Part shown: in pieces, positions 13,401 to 27,700 of the stretch
How the letters are laid out: every line of letters begins with the position of its first letter
How positions within the stretch are numbered: position 1 is the stretch's first letter
Source of the DNA: Lingula anatina
Lineage: Eukaryota > Animalia > Brachiopoda
DNA length: 64,000 nucleotides
Assembly: GCA_051362555.1 (NCBI GenBank)
Contig: CM120642.1
Coordinates: 2,046,001-2,110,000, forward strand
Direction: 5' to 3'
Notes under the pieces: model-generated
Database searches by the model: none
What the model was told of the DNA's origin: nothing
What the model saw: only the letters and a program-made list of their open reading frames with translations
Translations under genes and position numbers: made by a program

Positions 13401-15209
13401 AATGGTACTTGTAGCTATCAGTTAACCCAGTTATTAAATAATGACACTACCATACAAGCCTATATATATACAGTAGGTAGGGTAATCCCTTTACACACAG
13501 AGCAGGGACAATTACTAGTAGTAAGCACATCAATAATTTATATACACTGCATTAATTAACATTTTTTGAGACTCCACTCGATTAGTTCCTTATGTGAAGA
13601 ATTTCAATATTATCTTACAGAAAAAGTTTAAACATATCGTTTCATCTAATGATATTACCTACCAAATAATCTTCAGGTACTGTATTAATGAAGATTTTTT
13701 GAGAATTTTAAATGATTATCTGAAAGAAAATGTTTAAAAATTAGCATTGTTATGTAATGCCATTACTTACCCAGGTTCTTGTGCATCGTAGTTAAACAGC
13801 GCTTTGGCACAGGCCACAGGCAGAGCTGTCGACGCCTGAAAATACAATTCATGAAATAATAATATGTTTATCTTTTGACAAATCAATCCAATCTTCACAT
13901 CACACAATTTTCATCTCACAACAAGGGTTGAATAATGTACCTTTATATTAATAACAGTTGTATTTTGATACCAGTTAGAAGACAGCAAAGACAGCACTAT
14001 CAATTTAAGCTTCTGTGTTCATTTTAAAGCACAGGTAAGCATGTACAAATTTCAAATGCTACGAGTTATTAATTTTTGGTTTAAGAGTATTAATTAACTT
14101 TCTTTAGTCTAATTCACAATTCTTTGGTAACAAATCAGTTTGGCTTTTACTGAAGAATTTTGCCAAGGTTTTTTTTGTCATTAAATTACTATATGAGTTT
14201 CAGGCATGAGCTAGCAGAGATCTTAACATGGGTCATTCTAATCATGATGTTTTTTTTTCCATTTTTTTAACAAAAACTGCACATGTGAACCACTTGTTGG
14301 ACTAAAATGCCTACTTAACTTGACATCTGAATCTCCCTCTAAGGTACAATGCATTTCACACGCACTAACAAAGAAAAAACATTGCAAAGAGAATTCTAAA
14401 TTTAATATAACTGATATAATTCAATTAAATGTAAATTAGGTTTTCATGTTTAAACCTCCCTCAAAAAGTCTTATACACAAAATACAGCTGTCATTTTTTC
14501 AACAAATGGACTTTAAAAACAATTCCTTGCCCCCCCCCCCCCCCTCCAAAAAAAAAAAAAAAAAAATTAATATGACATATCTTGAATGGAGAAAGCAGCA
14601 CACAGCTCCTAGGTTACTCATATCATTGTGAATTTTCAAGGGAGAGTTGCTGAGACCTAATGCACTAAAGCATCATTCACACAACATTGTTTAAATAGAT
14701 TTCAAGTGGAATGAAGTAGTACACAGATAATCTGGTAAAAAGAGTCAACAAAAGACCAAGGCATGGGTAATGGCATCAACTGACTGTTGACTGCTTATGG
14801 TGTGAACTGGATGAGTTGTTTAAATCCTATGCTGATGCCAAGTGTGTATGTTTGCATGTGGGTGCGTGCATGCATGTGCTCATGAGCATGCTTGCAAACA
14901 GTCACATGTGAAACAGCACGTACTCAAGTACCTATCTAGATCTCTGCATGTTTGCCAACATGTGTGATAACCTTTACACATCCCAGGCAACTGTTCTTAT
15001 CAGAAAGGTAAAAACTTTTAAACTGGCAAATAAAGAAGCCTATAAATTACACACAGGAGTCCAGTTACACCTTGTTCAGAAAAACATAGCCTTTTGGCAA
15101 CTGGCAGATATTCTTACCTCTAATTTGTTCCACATGTATTACCCTAACTCACAACAAGTGCTGTGATGTGGGGAAACATTTCCATTGCCAACGAAGAAGT
15201 TCAGCAATT

Positions 15210-15290
<81 letters not shown>

Positions 15291-18200
15291 CTTGGTTGTA
15301 GAATCAAAAATAACGAGAAAACTAAAATGGATGGGGTCAAGTTTTATTTATAGTTTGACATCTGGAAAATGATGGGATTAAATTTGTTTGAATCATGTAA
15401 ATGACAGCTAAATCATGGTAAAAAATGGCTGTTGTCAGAATTTAAGATCTCCTCTGCTGACTGCACTGAAGCTGTAGAGCCAATTATCTGTTACCACAGA
15501 GGACCTGAACAAGACCAAACTAACTCAAACCTTTCAAGGACTAATTCAATAACGCATTGCCTGCAAACCACCTCTAAACATGTAAGTTGTACAGTCACCA
15601 CAATTAATTTAGTAAGTGGGTGAGTTAACTTGTGGAAAAGCACGGGTTGCCATTCCCACCTGGTCTCTGTACACTGAAACTACCCACTTCCTTAAGGTAG
15701 ACTTAGGGACCATTCCCAGACCCTATCGTACTAACTGTGGATTGATCTATCTCAGTGGGATTTGCCGCTAAATTGCAATCAACTTAAGTGGCTTAAATGC
15801 CTGTAACTGAAGCTACTGAAGCTGCTTAGGGGTAATTATCGTTTAGCAGTTTTAGTAAGCATGCCAGACATCTAAGCCGCTTAACCTGAAAGCAATTTAA
15901 TGAGAATCCTTGGAGATGGATCAATCCTGTTAGATCGATCTAGGCATGGGAACCCAGTCTTAAACCCTTTTTTGTGGATCTGTTCCTGTTAGGAGCCAGA
16001 GCCTCCAAGGGCAGCACCAGTTCAGGCACATTTAAGTACTTATTCAAATCTTATTAACTGTATACCTTATTAGAATAGTTTCTTTGTGTGAAATGTCCCT
16101 AAAAGCTTCCAATCTATTAACAAGCGGGTTCATGCCCCCGTAGTTCTTAGAGCTGTTTACAGAACTGCATATTGTTTTTATTTCAGAAAACAACAAAAAC
16201 AGAGTCCAGCCTGAGTAAATATTCACATTGAAAACTTGTTATCCACCTGTGAAGCATTATTAAGATTTTTTTGAACACAATATATATTTACAAGTGCCTC
16301 CTGAGTGAAAAGTGCATGTACTAATTGTTACTACAACTAACTGGTTAGCTTTCTCCTGGAGATTTCACAATATTTAGTACTTGAAATGAATGGCCAAGAA
16401 TTGTTCTTTTTATCATTTTTAACCGTTTATCATTATCCAAACTTCATTATTAGAGACAGGGTCAGGGTTGACATGTAGACAAAAATCATCACCCATCATT
16501 TTATCTGTATCATATTATGCATCGTAATAAAAGTTAAAAGAATAAAGATCACCTCAAATAAAGGTAAAACTCAACACTGTTATCAATCAAGAGGTTTCAT
16601 CTGAACTAGAACACATTTATGCAGCAGTGGAGGCAAAAATGAGCAAGAAACCTAGAAGGAAAAAAAAAACAACAGCAACAACAAGAAAATCCCCTAGGTA
16701 AATGTCACTGTAGTTCAGGTATTACAGCAGAGGTGTGTAACAAGATAGCCAGGTCTAGACTGGAGGTACTCTATTTCCTGGAAACCTACTGAGAAATATA
16801 TACTCACAGCCACTTAATATTACATACTTCAACACCACTAGCCCCTAGCTCCAGGGTACAGCAACAGTGATCTATAATTGGTATAGGGCTAAGGGGGCTG
16901 CCTGGGTGATTCTGATACCCTATTACATACATGTGTACTAGTTTATATACACCAAAGCATTAGCCAGCCCTCTGTGAATTATATCGAGAAAAAAATTCAA
17001 TTATCTCCAAAATAAATGGAAGAGATTGAAAATGAATCTGAAACAGTGCAATGTAACATTTGACTATCAATGCACCTACTATAGCCTTCCTAGTATGACT
17101 GGTTTCATAGGTATTATTTGTGTATGCACCTTATTGTGAACTGAATAAAATATGACTGGCTCAGGGGAAATCATGAAAACCCCAGCCAGTCTCATCATAT
17201 TTAAACAGATGCAGTGCACCTTATATATGTATGATGCTATATCTGTTCCAGAACGTGAAGAATGGAGATGGTTATTTCTCTGGAGTATATTAGCCCATTG
17301 TGTGACTGTCTATTACACAAATTACGCAGCAGCCAGTGCACTAATTTATTAGTCTGACGGCTCTATTGACACCTGGCCAGAGTTGTTGTACTGAATGTAC
17401 TGAAGTACATGTACAGAGCTGCTATGTATAAATGTACATTGGGGATACCTATTGTAATGCATGTTACAGGGGTGGACAGAAGCTGTCTTCTGGGTCTTCC
17501 AGAAGTTTACATTGACTGGCATCTAATTTTTCTGTCAGGAGGCAGTCAAAAAATGGAGGACTGATCAACAAAGATAATTAGGAAGACTGTCAGAAAATAT
17601 ATCTGAGAGAGAGAGAGAGAGAGTGAGAAGGAGAGAGTGAGGGAGAGAGAGAGAGAGATTACATCAGCAAACTTTCCACTGTGTAGGCCAGACAAACAGA
17701 CACCATTGAAGAAGTGTGTGCACAGTAACCTAATTCTTAATGGTGTGCAGCAGACTGTCTCACAGCCTATTCATTTGCTCAATCCAAAGTTCACTTGTAC
17801 CTGCCCTTTGTTCTCAAAAGGCATCACATTTAAAGAAGTCATCACCCTCCATCACCACACAAAATCTGTATTTTTCACTCCCCTGTCTTAACTTCCATGG
17901 GAACACCATACTCTAACACCCCGACATCTCACCACAATCCCACTGTGGAAATATTGAAATGACACAAAATTCCAGACTATTAAAAGAGTTGTCTGGCACA
18001 CAGAAGTCTGTCAAGGCATGCATACAAATCAGTGCTTTGTGTATTAATAGAAAGTCCCAGTAAACCAGGTCCTGCTTTCATGACAGAGATGATATCTAAA
18101 CAGGAGGCAATCACTGGGGTGTATGGGGTTCACTGTGGACAAGTAACCTAAATAAATCCTGGGCTTTGTACCTGTAAAATGTACAATAGGTCTACAGGTG

Positions 18201-21200
18201 TCCTGTGTTCAAATGGCATAGAATTAACATGGGAAAGTTAAATAACTTAATCTTAAAGCAATGGACCACCTTCTTACTTAATATGTCTAACTCTGCTACT
18301 TTTCTTCCGAGAGAGTTAATTTATAATGCTCTTCAATTTACAGCATTTTACCACCTACTAACTTAATAAATCAATCACTACTTGCAATATCAGGAAAATA
18401 TAAGAAAATCATTTGGGGAAAGTGGACACAAAGTACTTCTTCACGTACATGTGCTCCAAAATGGAGAGATACTTATGCAAGAAACATACTGACTTAAGGC
18501 AAAATCCATGAGAAAAGAAAATGAAATAAATCACAGTCAGCAATTTGTCTTAGGTGGAGAAAAAAAAAAAAAAACTTGGGGCAATTTAACCAGATATTAT
18601 ACAAGTCCCTAACATCAGTATCATTAATTTGTAAACTCTGCACTAAAAGAGAGACAATCTTGTGCCACATCTACGAAATTTAACCATATTATTACTATTA
18701 TATATTATTATTATTATTATCTTCCCCATACTACTTCCCATATATGACAGGGGAATATTATAATGATAATAAAAACCTTATGGACATGACCACAACATTG
18801 AACAAAAACTGCACCTCAATCTGCAGACACATTCTTTGTGGTAAAATAAAACCCAATTTTCCTAGTTTCAGTCTCATGGTATACATGTAAATAAGAAGTT
18901 GTCAGACCAGATTGTATTATTTGATTTTTTTCATAATGAATACAAAAATCAATTTCTCCCTAACTGCCAAAAAGAACAAAGATTTTCTTTTTTTCAGCTA
19001 ATGATGATCACTGTCTTCTTCCACCTCTTTCTTCTAGAAAAATAAACCCCTTTAAATCCAGACAAGTCAAATGAAATCAAAACAGAGGCCTGGCCCCAAA
19101 TGATGCCTGTGCCAATAAAGGCTTCTTTCTTCAATTCCTGACAGAGATCACTCAATCTCTTCTCAATGATCTTAAATGGATGTTCTCAGCAAAAATATCA
19201 AGTCCGCGCTGAGAGACAGGAGTAAGATGCAACTGCTTCCAGATGCTATTTCTTTTAATCTCTGAGAGCACTTAAAAAGTTGTCCCTTGGAAACTTGTCT
19301 CTCTTCAATATGTCAAGTACTTGACTATTAAGACAGGAGCAGGATGCTGTAGGAGACTAGAGGTGAAGACCACCATGAGCACAGAAATATACTGTGATTA
19401 AGTTCTTCACATATTTTTACAGTACTGTAGGTACGAGGAAAAAGTCTTATTACTGCATATACTGAGGCCCAGCATCAATAAACTGGTGCAATAAATAACA
19501 GTGAAATTTTATATCAATTCCTTAATATATATATTTTAAACTATTGCTGCGCCACCTCCCCCCCCCCCCCAAAAAAAAAAAAAAAAAAAAAAAAAAATCA
19601 AGATTTGCTGCCTCTGTCTGAATATATCAACCTTAATTGTCAACTCAAATTTACACAAACAGTCTTCACAAGAAACGTCTGCATAATTTGGTGATTTAAA
19701 AAGATCTCACTACAACCACAACGGGAGCAGTCAGACATTTGAATGCCACCAAGCTCCTATCAAGATAATGGACGTTAATCTCCCAACTTTCCTCTCCTCC
19801 TCCCCTCATTACATCATTCCTGTTGTCTTGTTACTAAGTCAACACCAGACACCAAACACAGTCCGTCTCAGTTCTACGTCAGATTTGTAAGGCAGGCCTC
19901 CATCTGAGCCTGATATAATCTTCCACAGACTGAAATATGTCCCAGGTCTCTGTCTTAAACCTTGATGTAAACCTACAAGACACAAGCCAGGGTCTTGGAG
20001 ACATTTGTCTACAGCAGAGATGATATCAAAAGGTGGAGGGCCTGATTTGATGAGATAGCACTTCTATTTCTTTTAGAATCTTATTTAATGACATAAATTA
20101 GTGATTTACCTACTACTACTACTACTACTACTACCCACAAAGCATAACAACTACTGAATCACAATAATAACAGAATCTAAAAACAATGCACCAATTTCCT
20201 ACTTCAACTGCCACAGTATATCAAAATATCCCATTGTTATTGTACACGTCTCTTCAGCCTTTCTTAAAAATAAGTCCATCTCTCATTGATCTTTAGTGTA
20301 CTCTCCGTGCCCTAAATCTGATGAATAAGCCAGCCAAACTAAACAACATGGGGCAAATCAGAGCCACCCGAGTGCACTGTACGAGTAGAAAGGAACGGCT
20401 ACGATTAAGTAACTACATGTGAATATGGAGGGCATAAGGTCTTGTTTATCTGTGGAGATTAATCTTTACTGTTGATTTTAAATTCTTTTGTTATCGTGCC
20501 CCCATCCTTAAGAGAGCTCTCCTCAGGTTGATGCTTAAGGACACAGGGTTGTTTGTTTGTGGGTTAATAGGCTGTCTACTTTCACAATGATTTAAAACAA
20601 AATTTATTTATAAGTCTACAACAATAGCTGTAATTATTTTGCAGGAAGAATGGTTTGAAGAAACTAACAGATATAAATGTTACTGCTGTAAGTTGGCATG
20701 ATATCTTCCTCTGAGGAGGTGTGTTTGTGTGCAATTCCTGTCAAGATGAGACAGCTTTATTTAGCATGCAACACCCCAGCAAGTCTTTGGAATAAAAAGC
20801 AAGGGAAGCTGATGATGGCATGTGCATTACCTCCAACTAGAAGCAATGAGGAAGGCAACAAATGAAACTGTTTTCTTGTTTTAGTAAGGAAAAAATCAGT
20901 CACATGGTCTGCTGCAGTAATACATACTGTGTAAAATTGTATCAACTTGACTGAAAAAAAGCTGTGCAGCTTTTGATTCTTTCCACTTGTACAATACTGT
21001 AGCATTATTTTCATGGAGAAAACAGGCAACTACTAAAGAGTGTATGTGGTTTGAAAAGATCACATCAAGAAACATCAATAAAATACAAAACCATAAAGCA
21101 CACACAACTGTAGTTTTTCTGGAAAATTTATGTTCTATGTTAAAGCATGTTAGATGCTTAACAAAATGAATTCAATCTCTATCCCTTCTAGTAAATGACA

Positions 21201-21700
21201 ACATTTCTAAAACATTACCATACATATTTTTACCCTAGCCTAAATACTAGTTATGAGCAGGGAATGCTCTGCAATCATCATCATACATAATATTGGCAAA
21301 GGACTCTGTGATAGAGCAGGTCATGGATAATCATCACACAGTGCAGGACAGAGTAATAACTTACTTTAGGGACAGGAGAGGTCCGAACTGCCGCTGTTGA
21401 GTTTGTGGCTCGCACCGAGGAGTGTACAGGGCCCGCTGTGACTGGCTGCTGCTGGAGAAACTGGGCAGATTTCATCCCCTCCAGGAGTCGGATCAGCAAG
21501 ATGTTTGCTGGTAAATCCTCTACCTTTCTTTCTACCAGAGTGCGGCATTCTGGGCACCGTATTTCCTTCTTTGTGCTTAAAATTTCCTCGAGGCATCTGC
21601 GACAGAATGTGTGTTGACAAGGCAGTACCTTACTGCTAGTGTCCATGCGTTCTAGACACACGGAGCACTCCAGCAGTTCATTCAACACATGTTCATCCAT
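4445..21700 (-). CDS. SH3RF1: E3 ubiquitin ligase SH3RF/POSH (RING + 4 SH3), 13 coding exons, about 786 aa
   Basis: Exons in transcript order: 21365-21700, 13771-13835, 10994-11108, 10172-10270, 9764-9859, 8947-8984, 8278-8512, 7900-8061, 7351-7403, 6847-7014, 5923-6478, 5041-5309, 4445-4613. All GT-AG and phase-consistent (2361 nt). N-terminal C3HC4 RING ([36 protein letters not shown]), SH3 motifs AKALFNY, KALYDF, IALYHY and [21 protein letters not shown], and the POSH motifs KRHS and HRHSMEI. Confidence 0.95.
8864..8981. repeat. 56-bp tandem duplication (about 2.1 copies) spanning most of SH3RF exon 6 and its splice donor
   Basis: Unit atcattttcaatggtaacagtacttacc(t/c)agaagaactaactaaagtcttagcagg starts at 8864 and 8920, with one mismatch. 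Confidence 0.95.
9374..9490. mobile_element. Short PIF/Harbinger-like MITE remnant
   Basis: Termini ggctgcgtttac ... gtgaacgcagcc are inverted repeats (11/12), flanked by aaa on both sides. Confidence 0.55.
11731..11960. mobile_element. Hairpin MITE, family A, copy 2 (SH3RF intron 2)
   Basis: Starts acaccccatttccatagatttttagatcgatcta, the reverse complement of the end of copy 1. Shares ggggagtctcactagatta, cccgcctacta.aagctgtaagggg and tttagcgtgaaccccca with 1529-1742. Confidence 0.8.
15224..15285. repeat. (TA)n microsatellite following an A-run
   Basis: Direct reading. It explains the spurious IYIYIY ORFs. Confidence 0.95.
15703..15963. mobile_element. Hairpin MITE, family A-related subfamily B (SH3RF intron 1)
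   Basis: tagggaccattcccagaccctatcgtactaac ... gatcaatcctgttagatcgatctaggcatgggaacccagtc is near-colinear with 27303-27556 and internally self-complementary. Confidence 0.8.
17605..17657. repeat. (GA)n microsatellite, interrupted
   Basis: Direct reading. Confidence 0.9.
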
Positions 21701-22079
21701 CCTGACTAGGAAATAATATTGAAATCAAGACGTTTCATTTTCCAGTAAACCATAATAACTACTCGTCCTATCCATCAATATACAGTCACTGTCTGCAAGG
21801 AGTTGGTTTCGAAGTTCACATCTTACATGTCTGTTTTAGTCACATTTTCTTCTGTTATACAGGACTCACCATATCCATCAGCACACAGTATAAAAGTGAA
21901 CTGCTTGGTTGTTAAGCTTCGTCTAGCGACTCAAACCAAGAATCCTGGGTTAACTTAAAGCCACTCAAGTCAATCTCAGCTTTTCCTTGTCACGCGGCGC
22001 AGACAAAGCCTATTAAGTCTCACTATAAAGGATCCCCGTTATCTTAAGAAGATCAAGCACTAAAGTATACTTTAACAGG

Positions 22080-22685
22080 TAACACTTACGTCACGTTGAA
22101 TATAAAATAATTAAGTACATTCCTCTGTGATGAGTAAACTTAAACAACTTCCAGGCTTATTCCACTCACTTCCACCATTGCCCTTCCGCAGCACTTCCGT
22201 AAATATTGGGCAAGAGAAATGAGTGAGATTTCACTCATTCTTTAAACCACTAGAGGTATAATAGAAGCAAATCGCTTTATGTCAGATCTAATAAGACACA
22301 CTAGTTGATGATCGATAGTATAATTTTGATATAGATTCGTTTAAAGTGAATAAACATTTACGCGATTAAATGCGGAAGGATATGGGGATTCCACGCACTA
22401 GTTATAATCTCTAAACCAGATTTTAAAATTCGAGGGAATGAAAAAGTATGGAATTAATTTTACAAGACTGAAACTTCAAGTAACAGCTTCCTTCCTTGAT
22501 TATCTCCCTTTCTTTAAAAAGTTGCTTTAAATGCATCCATTCAACATTCCGAAAAATGATATGTGGTATTTAGTTTAGAGAGTTCTAGTCACGTGCCAAC
22601 ACCTAAACATCCAAAATGGCTTCACTGGGCAGGTACAAGACGATTGGGTGGAAATTCCTTTGGTATACGTATACTCGCCGTAAGT
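22080..22685. promoter_or_regulatory. Putative bidirectional promoter for SH3RF (-) and FHIP1 (+)
   Basis: Divergent genes. Outward-facing GTAAGT donors: minus strand at 22084-22089, plus strand at 22680-22685. CTTCCG ETS-like motifs at about 22182-22199, GTCACGTG E-box at 22588-22595, CAAAATGGC YY1-like motif at 22612-22620. Motif function is inferred. Confidence 0.55.
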
Positions 22686-24782
22686 AAAAATATATATCCA
22701 TTTGTTTTTAGATTAATATGACATTAATGAGCAATAAAGAACCGTTCGATTTCTTTAAAATTGGTAAAATTTGTAGCAATCGGCGTCTAAATAGAAATAT
22801 TTACACTTTGGCATTGGCACTCACGTAGGTATATCAGAAAAATTTTCAAACTGATCAGAAAATTAAAATACTTATATCATCTGAAAGGTAATGCAAAAAC
22901 CGGATGAAATCATTTGGAATTTTTTAAATATTCCTACAAGCAACAAAGATATTGAAGTTTTTTAACTGCAAAAATCCACCAAAAGTGTCCACACTTCTCA
23001 GCTCAAAACCTGTGCCCACTGACCAGCAGTGATCACTCAGGCGCAGCAGAGCACCCTGTGTGTCTTTGTGTGCTCAGCCTATTGTCTGGCTCACATAGCC
23101 TGTGACTAATCAGGGCAGAGCTATTTCCCTGTGGTAATTTTCACATCATGTAATATTGCGGATTAAATTAACTATACTTCGCAACCTTCAAATTTCATGA
23201 TTTTTCTACATAATATAGCAAATTTCATAAACTTTGCTGGATATAAATTTCAAAAAGATGATACCAGCACTTACCTGAAATTTTTTAGCATTTTGTAGAG
23301 GCAAAACTTAAAACAAGCAGAACCGAAACTTGTCAAAGACTGCAACATGGGAAAATCATGTGACCGGATTTTACTCTTTGATTTACAACTTATTTAGTTA
23401 ATGGCTTGTATTAGTTTTTTTACGCAGCGCTAAAAGAGAGATTTAAAAAAGGGGTTCCATAGGCGAACTGTCAGCAGGCCGACTTCAGTTTAACACTTCA
23501 CTGCCCGTGGACAGTTACGACTGTAGCGCCCCTAGCGGATTGTGATCTACCTACACTCACGCATACACACACACACTGCACCTGTGTAGAAATATCATCA
23601 TATTTAGACTTGCATTTAAAAAAAAATTAACTTATTGCGGCATAGCTCATGAGTCATTAGTCATTGAAAATTAAATAACAGCTGCACGATTTTAACTCTG
23701 AAAGTTGTAAATTTTTACTTAGTAGTTCTTGATCAAGTTGAGCATGACTTGAATACTTGTACACTGATTTGTTTTCGTGTAATAATTCTCTGTCGTTGAA
23801 GAAAATATACTTCATTGTCTTCCCCTTACCCATGACCCACTTGATCAGCACACTGTGTAAAAGTGGACAATTTACTATTATTAAAACCATTAATCAAGAC
23901 ACAAGTTTTCAAAATATTTAGTTCAAATCAGCATAGAAATATTGTCTGGTTTAGTTAGGTATGCCTAATTCTCACATCTGTCTTTTCCATCTTGAATAAC
24001 ACAGTTTCAAATTTGTGAAGGTAAAAATTTACAATGGCTTCCCATGTGACTTTGTTTTGCTCAATGAATAAAATATAGATTGAAATAAATTTAAAAAAAT
24101 GATAGAAATAAAAATTAATTATTACCAGTGCTGAAGACAAAGCTAGTTACATTATACAAATGTTCTGATGACATAATTGCATGATGGCATGCTAATATTA
24201 TCAATATGTAACAGTAATATCCACACTAGCACAGGGTTATTGAGGACTAGTTTCCTATTGAAATTGCAATCGTAATCTGGTTTCCTGTTAAAACTGCATT
24301 TTGTTGAAAATTAATATTATTTTGCTCTAAAAAGAATTTTAGCAGGATCTCAGACTTGTTAATTTCCTTCATATATCCAGTGTCACTTCAGAGTGGTGAA
24401 GCCACTTCGATATATAAAATTCAGTAATAAAGAGCTTTCAGAATAACCACATCCCTTAAATAAGAATGAAGCCAATGCTATAAGTTAGTTTATATATTGA
24501 AATCTGGACTATGATTAGATTTGTGCTGAGTTGATAACCTGTGTGGTATGTGTAATTATCATGTGCAGCACTTGTATCTTTGAAAGGAATGCCATCAAGG
24601 CTATTATCACTTGATTAGTAAACCTATTTAATATTTACAGGTGTCTGAGAATGAACAGGACCATGTGAGACCCAGTAACATAAAAAGAGACTAGCTGGTT
24701 AAAGAAAAAAGCTGCAGACAGATTTGTTTTTGGGGTCAGATTTGCATTTGTGTGACCAGCATTGTAGCAAGATATAAGAAGT

Positions 24783-27700
24783 ATGAGTCTGTTTAAAAGA
24801 AGTTCGTCTAAATCCCCAAGTCCTGGAAGCCAGGGCAGTAACAGCAGTAGGAAGCTGCAGGCTGAGGAAGAGGCTCAGACCAGACTGGAGGTGTATGAGA
24901 GACACTGGCAGCAGATTTTAGCCATAATACAAACCACCAATGCAGCCAGGACAGCCCAGAACATTGCTGACGATATCGAAGCAGTGCTCCATTATTTCAG
25001 TCAGATGATGTTTTTGCTGATAGAGGAGAAGGAGGAGGACGGGTGTCAGGGCCCCATATTGAGGTTCACTTTGACTGAAAACCTGCTGGAAGTGCTGTTT
25101 AATTGGTGTAACCAAAGCGTGGAGTTCCGACATAAACTGAAGTTTGAGCAGCTGAAAATGTACGAACAGTTGATAAGTCAGGCCAGGCAAAGATTGCTGG
25201 TGCATAAGCCTATCATTCGCCCTTTGATGAAATTACTGTCATCATGTTCAGAGACTAAGAATATTCACATTGAGCAGCATGAGGTGTTACTACTTCACCA
25301 GCTTTGTGTATGCTTGTCACAAGACCCTCAGTTACTGGAGTTATTTTTTTCGGCCCATGAGGTGCAGGGGTCGGCCAAATTCCTGGTCTTTTCTCTGCTG
25401 ATCCCGTACGTCCACAGAGAGGCCAACCTGGGGCAACAGGCCAGAGATGCTTTATTACTGATCATGTCCCTGTCTGCTGTGAATGAAGAGATAGGGAAAC
25501 ATGTGGCAGAACACTCTGATTTCTGTCCTGTAAGTATCACTGTATGGCAGTCACAGTTCTGTTGAATTTTGTTCCTTTTATAAATATTTAAAATATTGTC
25601 AGTCATGTCATGTTTTCATAACTGTTAAAGTTTTGTTTTTAAAAGAAGAAAAATTACACCAAAGAGTACTTTATTTAATGTTATATATTGATATTGTTTT
25701 TTATGCTAATTATTCCTTTTCAGTTTACTGAAAACAACACCATTGGCAAAGAAAATGTCATAATTCAAGTTTTTTATATATATATATAAATTTGTTGCAG
25801 GTGTATTTGATATCCTCTTTTGCACATTTTGTTATTATCCCAACCATTAGCTAGATATATGTCCAGATGTGCCAGGCATTGATAAACTGAATATAACCAG
25901 GGTATCACACACTTAATCACGTCTTAATTAACTATTGTGACAGACTAAAGTCATTAACTATGCCTAGCTGACTGCAGCCTCAAGGCATGAAACCAGGTGA
26001 TCAATTACCTGGATCTGAAGCCAGATGTAGCTGGAAGTGGCTTGATTACATCATAACAGACCAATTATTATCTCAGGTAATCTCAAAGAGACAAATTATA
26101 TTGAGTAGCTGGGTCCTTTGGAATCAGGTGTAGTTTTTTTGAAGGTTCATTATGGAGAATTTGTTGACAGAATTTTGAAATAGGATTGGAAGTAAACTAA
26201 ATTATGTTGAAATTTGTTTTGGTTGATAAGTGACTTCATAAAATTATAATGACATTTTAGAGTATTATTTTATCTTCATGAAGTATTTTTATTTCATTGA
26301 TTGTTAGCCAGTATGCATTTTAAGGAAGTGGGTTTGCATGCTCTGGAAACCACCCACTATTTTTCACACTTAAAAGAAAAAAACAACATTTAATATGCAG
26401 CAGGCACATGACTTTCTGTTGTGTACATTCTGCTATCCTGTCTATATATTGAACATAACCTTGTTAGTCTTCAGTTCCATCTCCATGGAATCTCTCATTA
26501 CACTGCATTTTCCCAAAAGAGAATTAAATTTTCCTCATTACTTGTCTCTGATTTCATGTGGTGAAAGAAATTTACTCAAAGGAGAACATAGATTTTGGGC
26601 AAATTCTGTTACTAGTATCTCTCTCTCCCCCCCCCCCCCCCCTCTTCACTGTGATCTCTGTGAATATTTGCAGGATACCAAGACATAACATCATAGTGCT
26701 GTTTAGTGAGTATTATGTCAGGTATTGTTGGCCATCATTCAACATTTATGGCTACCATCATGAATAAATACATGTCGTATTTTAGGCAAAACCAGTACTG
26801 GAATTAGACATCATTAATAATACATAATTTAAGAAGAGCAAGTCATTATTTTCAGATACATGTAAAGTGGTTGTTTTGCAAGCATCATGATAATCATATG
26901 TGTGACATTTGAAATAATTAATAATATTAATTTTTTTTTCAATAAAAGCTTTAAGTCCTGTATCAAAATTCATGAAGATGTTTTATATACCAGTGTGTTA
27001 CTTTTTAGGTGTCTAATTTCAAAGATAAAATCCAATTAACTGAAGTGCAAGATATAGAAGCCATATTATACTTCGTCGAGTTAATCCATTCAGCTAGTAG
27101 GTTAGTCATTACAGGTTTTTTGCCCTATAGCATGGCTTATTCTGTGGTGCATCTAAAAAAAAGTGCCCTTAGTTTTCTCATGTGACTGATTTATAACTGC
27201 AAGTAGTTTTTTTCCTTTGGTAAACACTAGTAAGATTAAAGATAGGTGCATCATTGTGTGCCATAAAGAAGGCAAGATTTCATGTTCAGGTACATACCAT
27301 GATAGGGACCATTCCCAGACCCTATCGTACTAACTTTAGATCGATCTATCTCCAAGGGGATTCTTGCTAAATTGCAACTAACTTAAGCAGCTTAGATGTC
27401 TGTCACGTCTACTTCTAGAAGGTAATTATCAATGCATTAGCAGCTTCAGAAGGTGTGCCAGACATCTAAGCTTCTTGCCGCTGAAAGCAATGTAGTGAGA
27501 AAACCCTTGGAGATAGATTGATCCTGTTAGATCAATCTAAGCATGGGAACCTAGTCATACTCAAACTTTTACTAGGTGAAAAATTGTTGCCTGTTGTTTT
27601 GGCATATAATCAAGAAGTGTTGCTCTGACAGTCTCCCACTCATGATTTTAAAACTTTATGTAATGGAATTTATCCACTTGTGTGAATAGATAGGCGAATA

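Noticed and set aside
15149-15372. IYIYIY ORFs on both strands
   Set aside because: Translations of a (TA)n microsatellite.
22740-23460. Possible degenerate non-autonomous DNA transposon in the FHIP1 first intron
   Set aside because: It has TE-like phrases (gatttctttaaaattgg, caaatttcat repeats), but I could not identify termini or a TSD.
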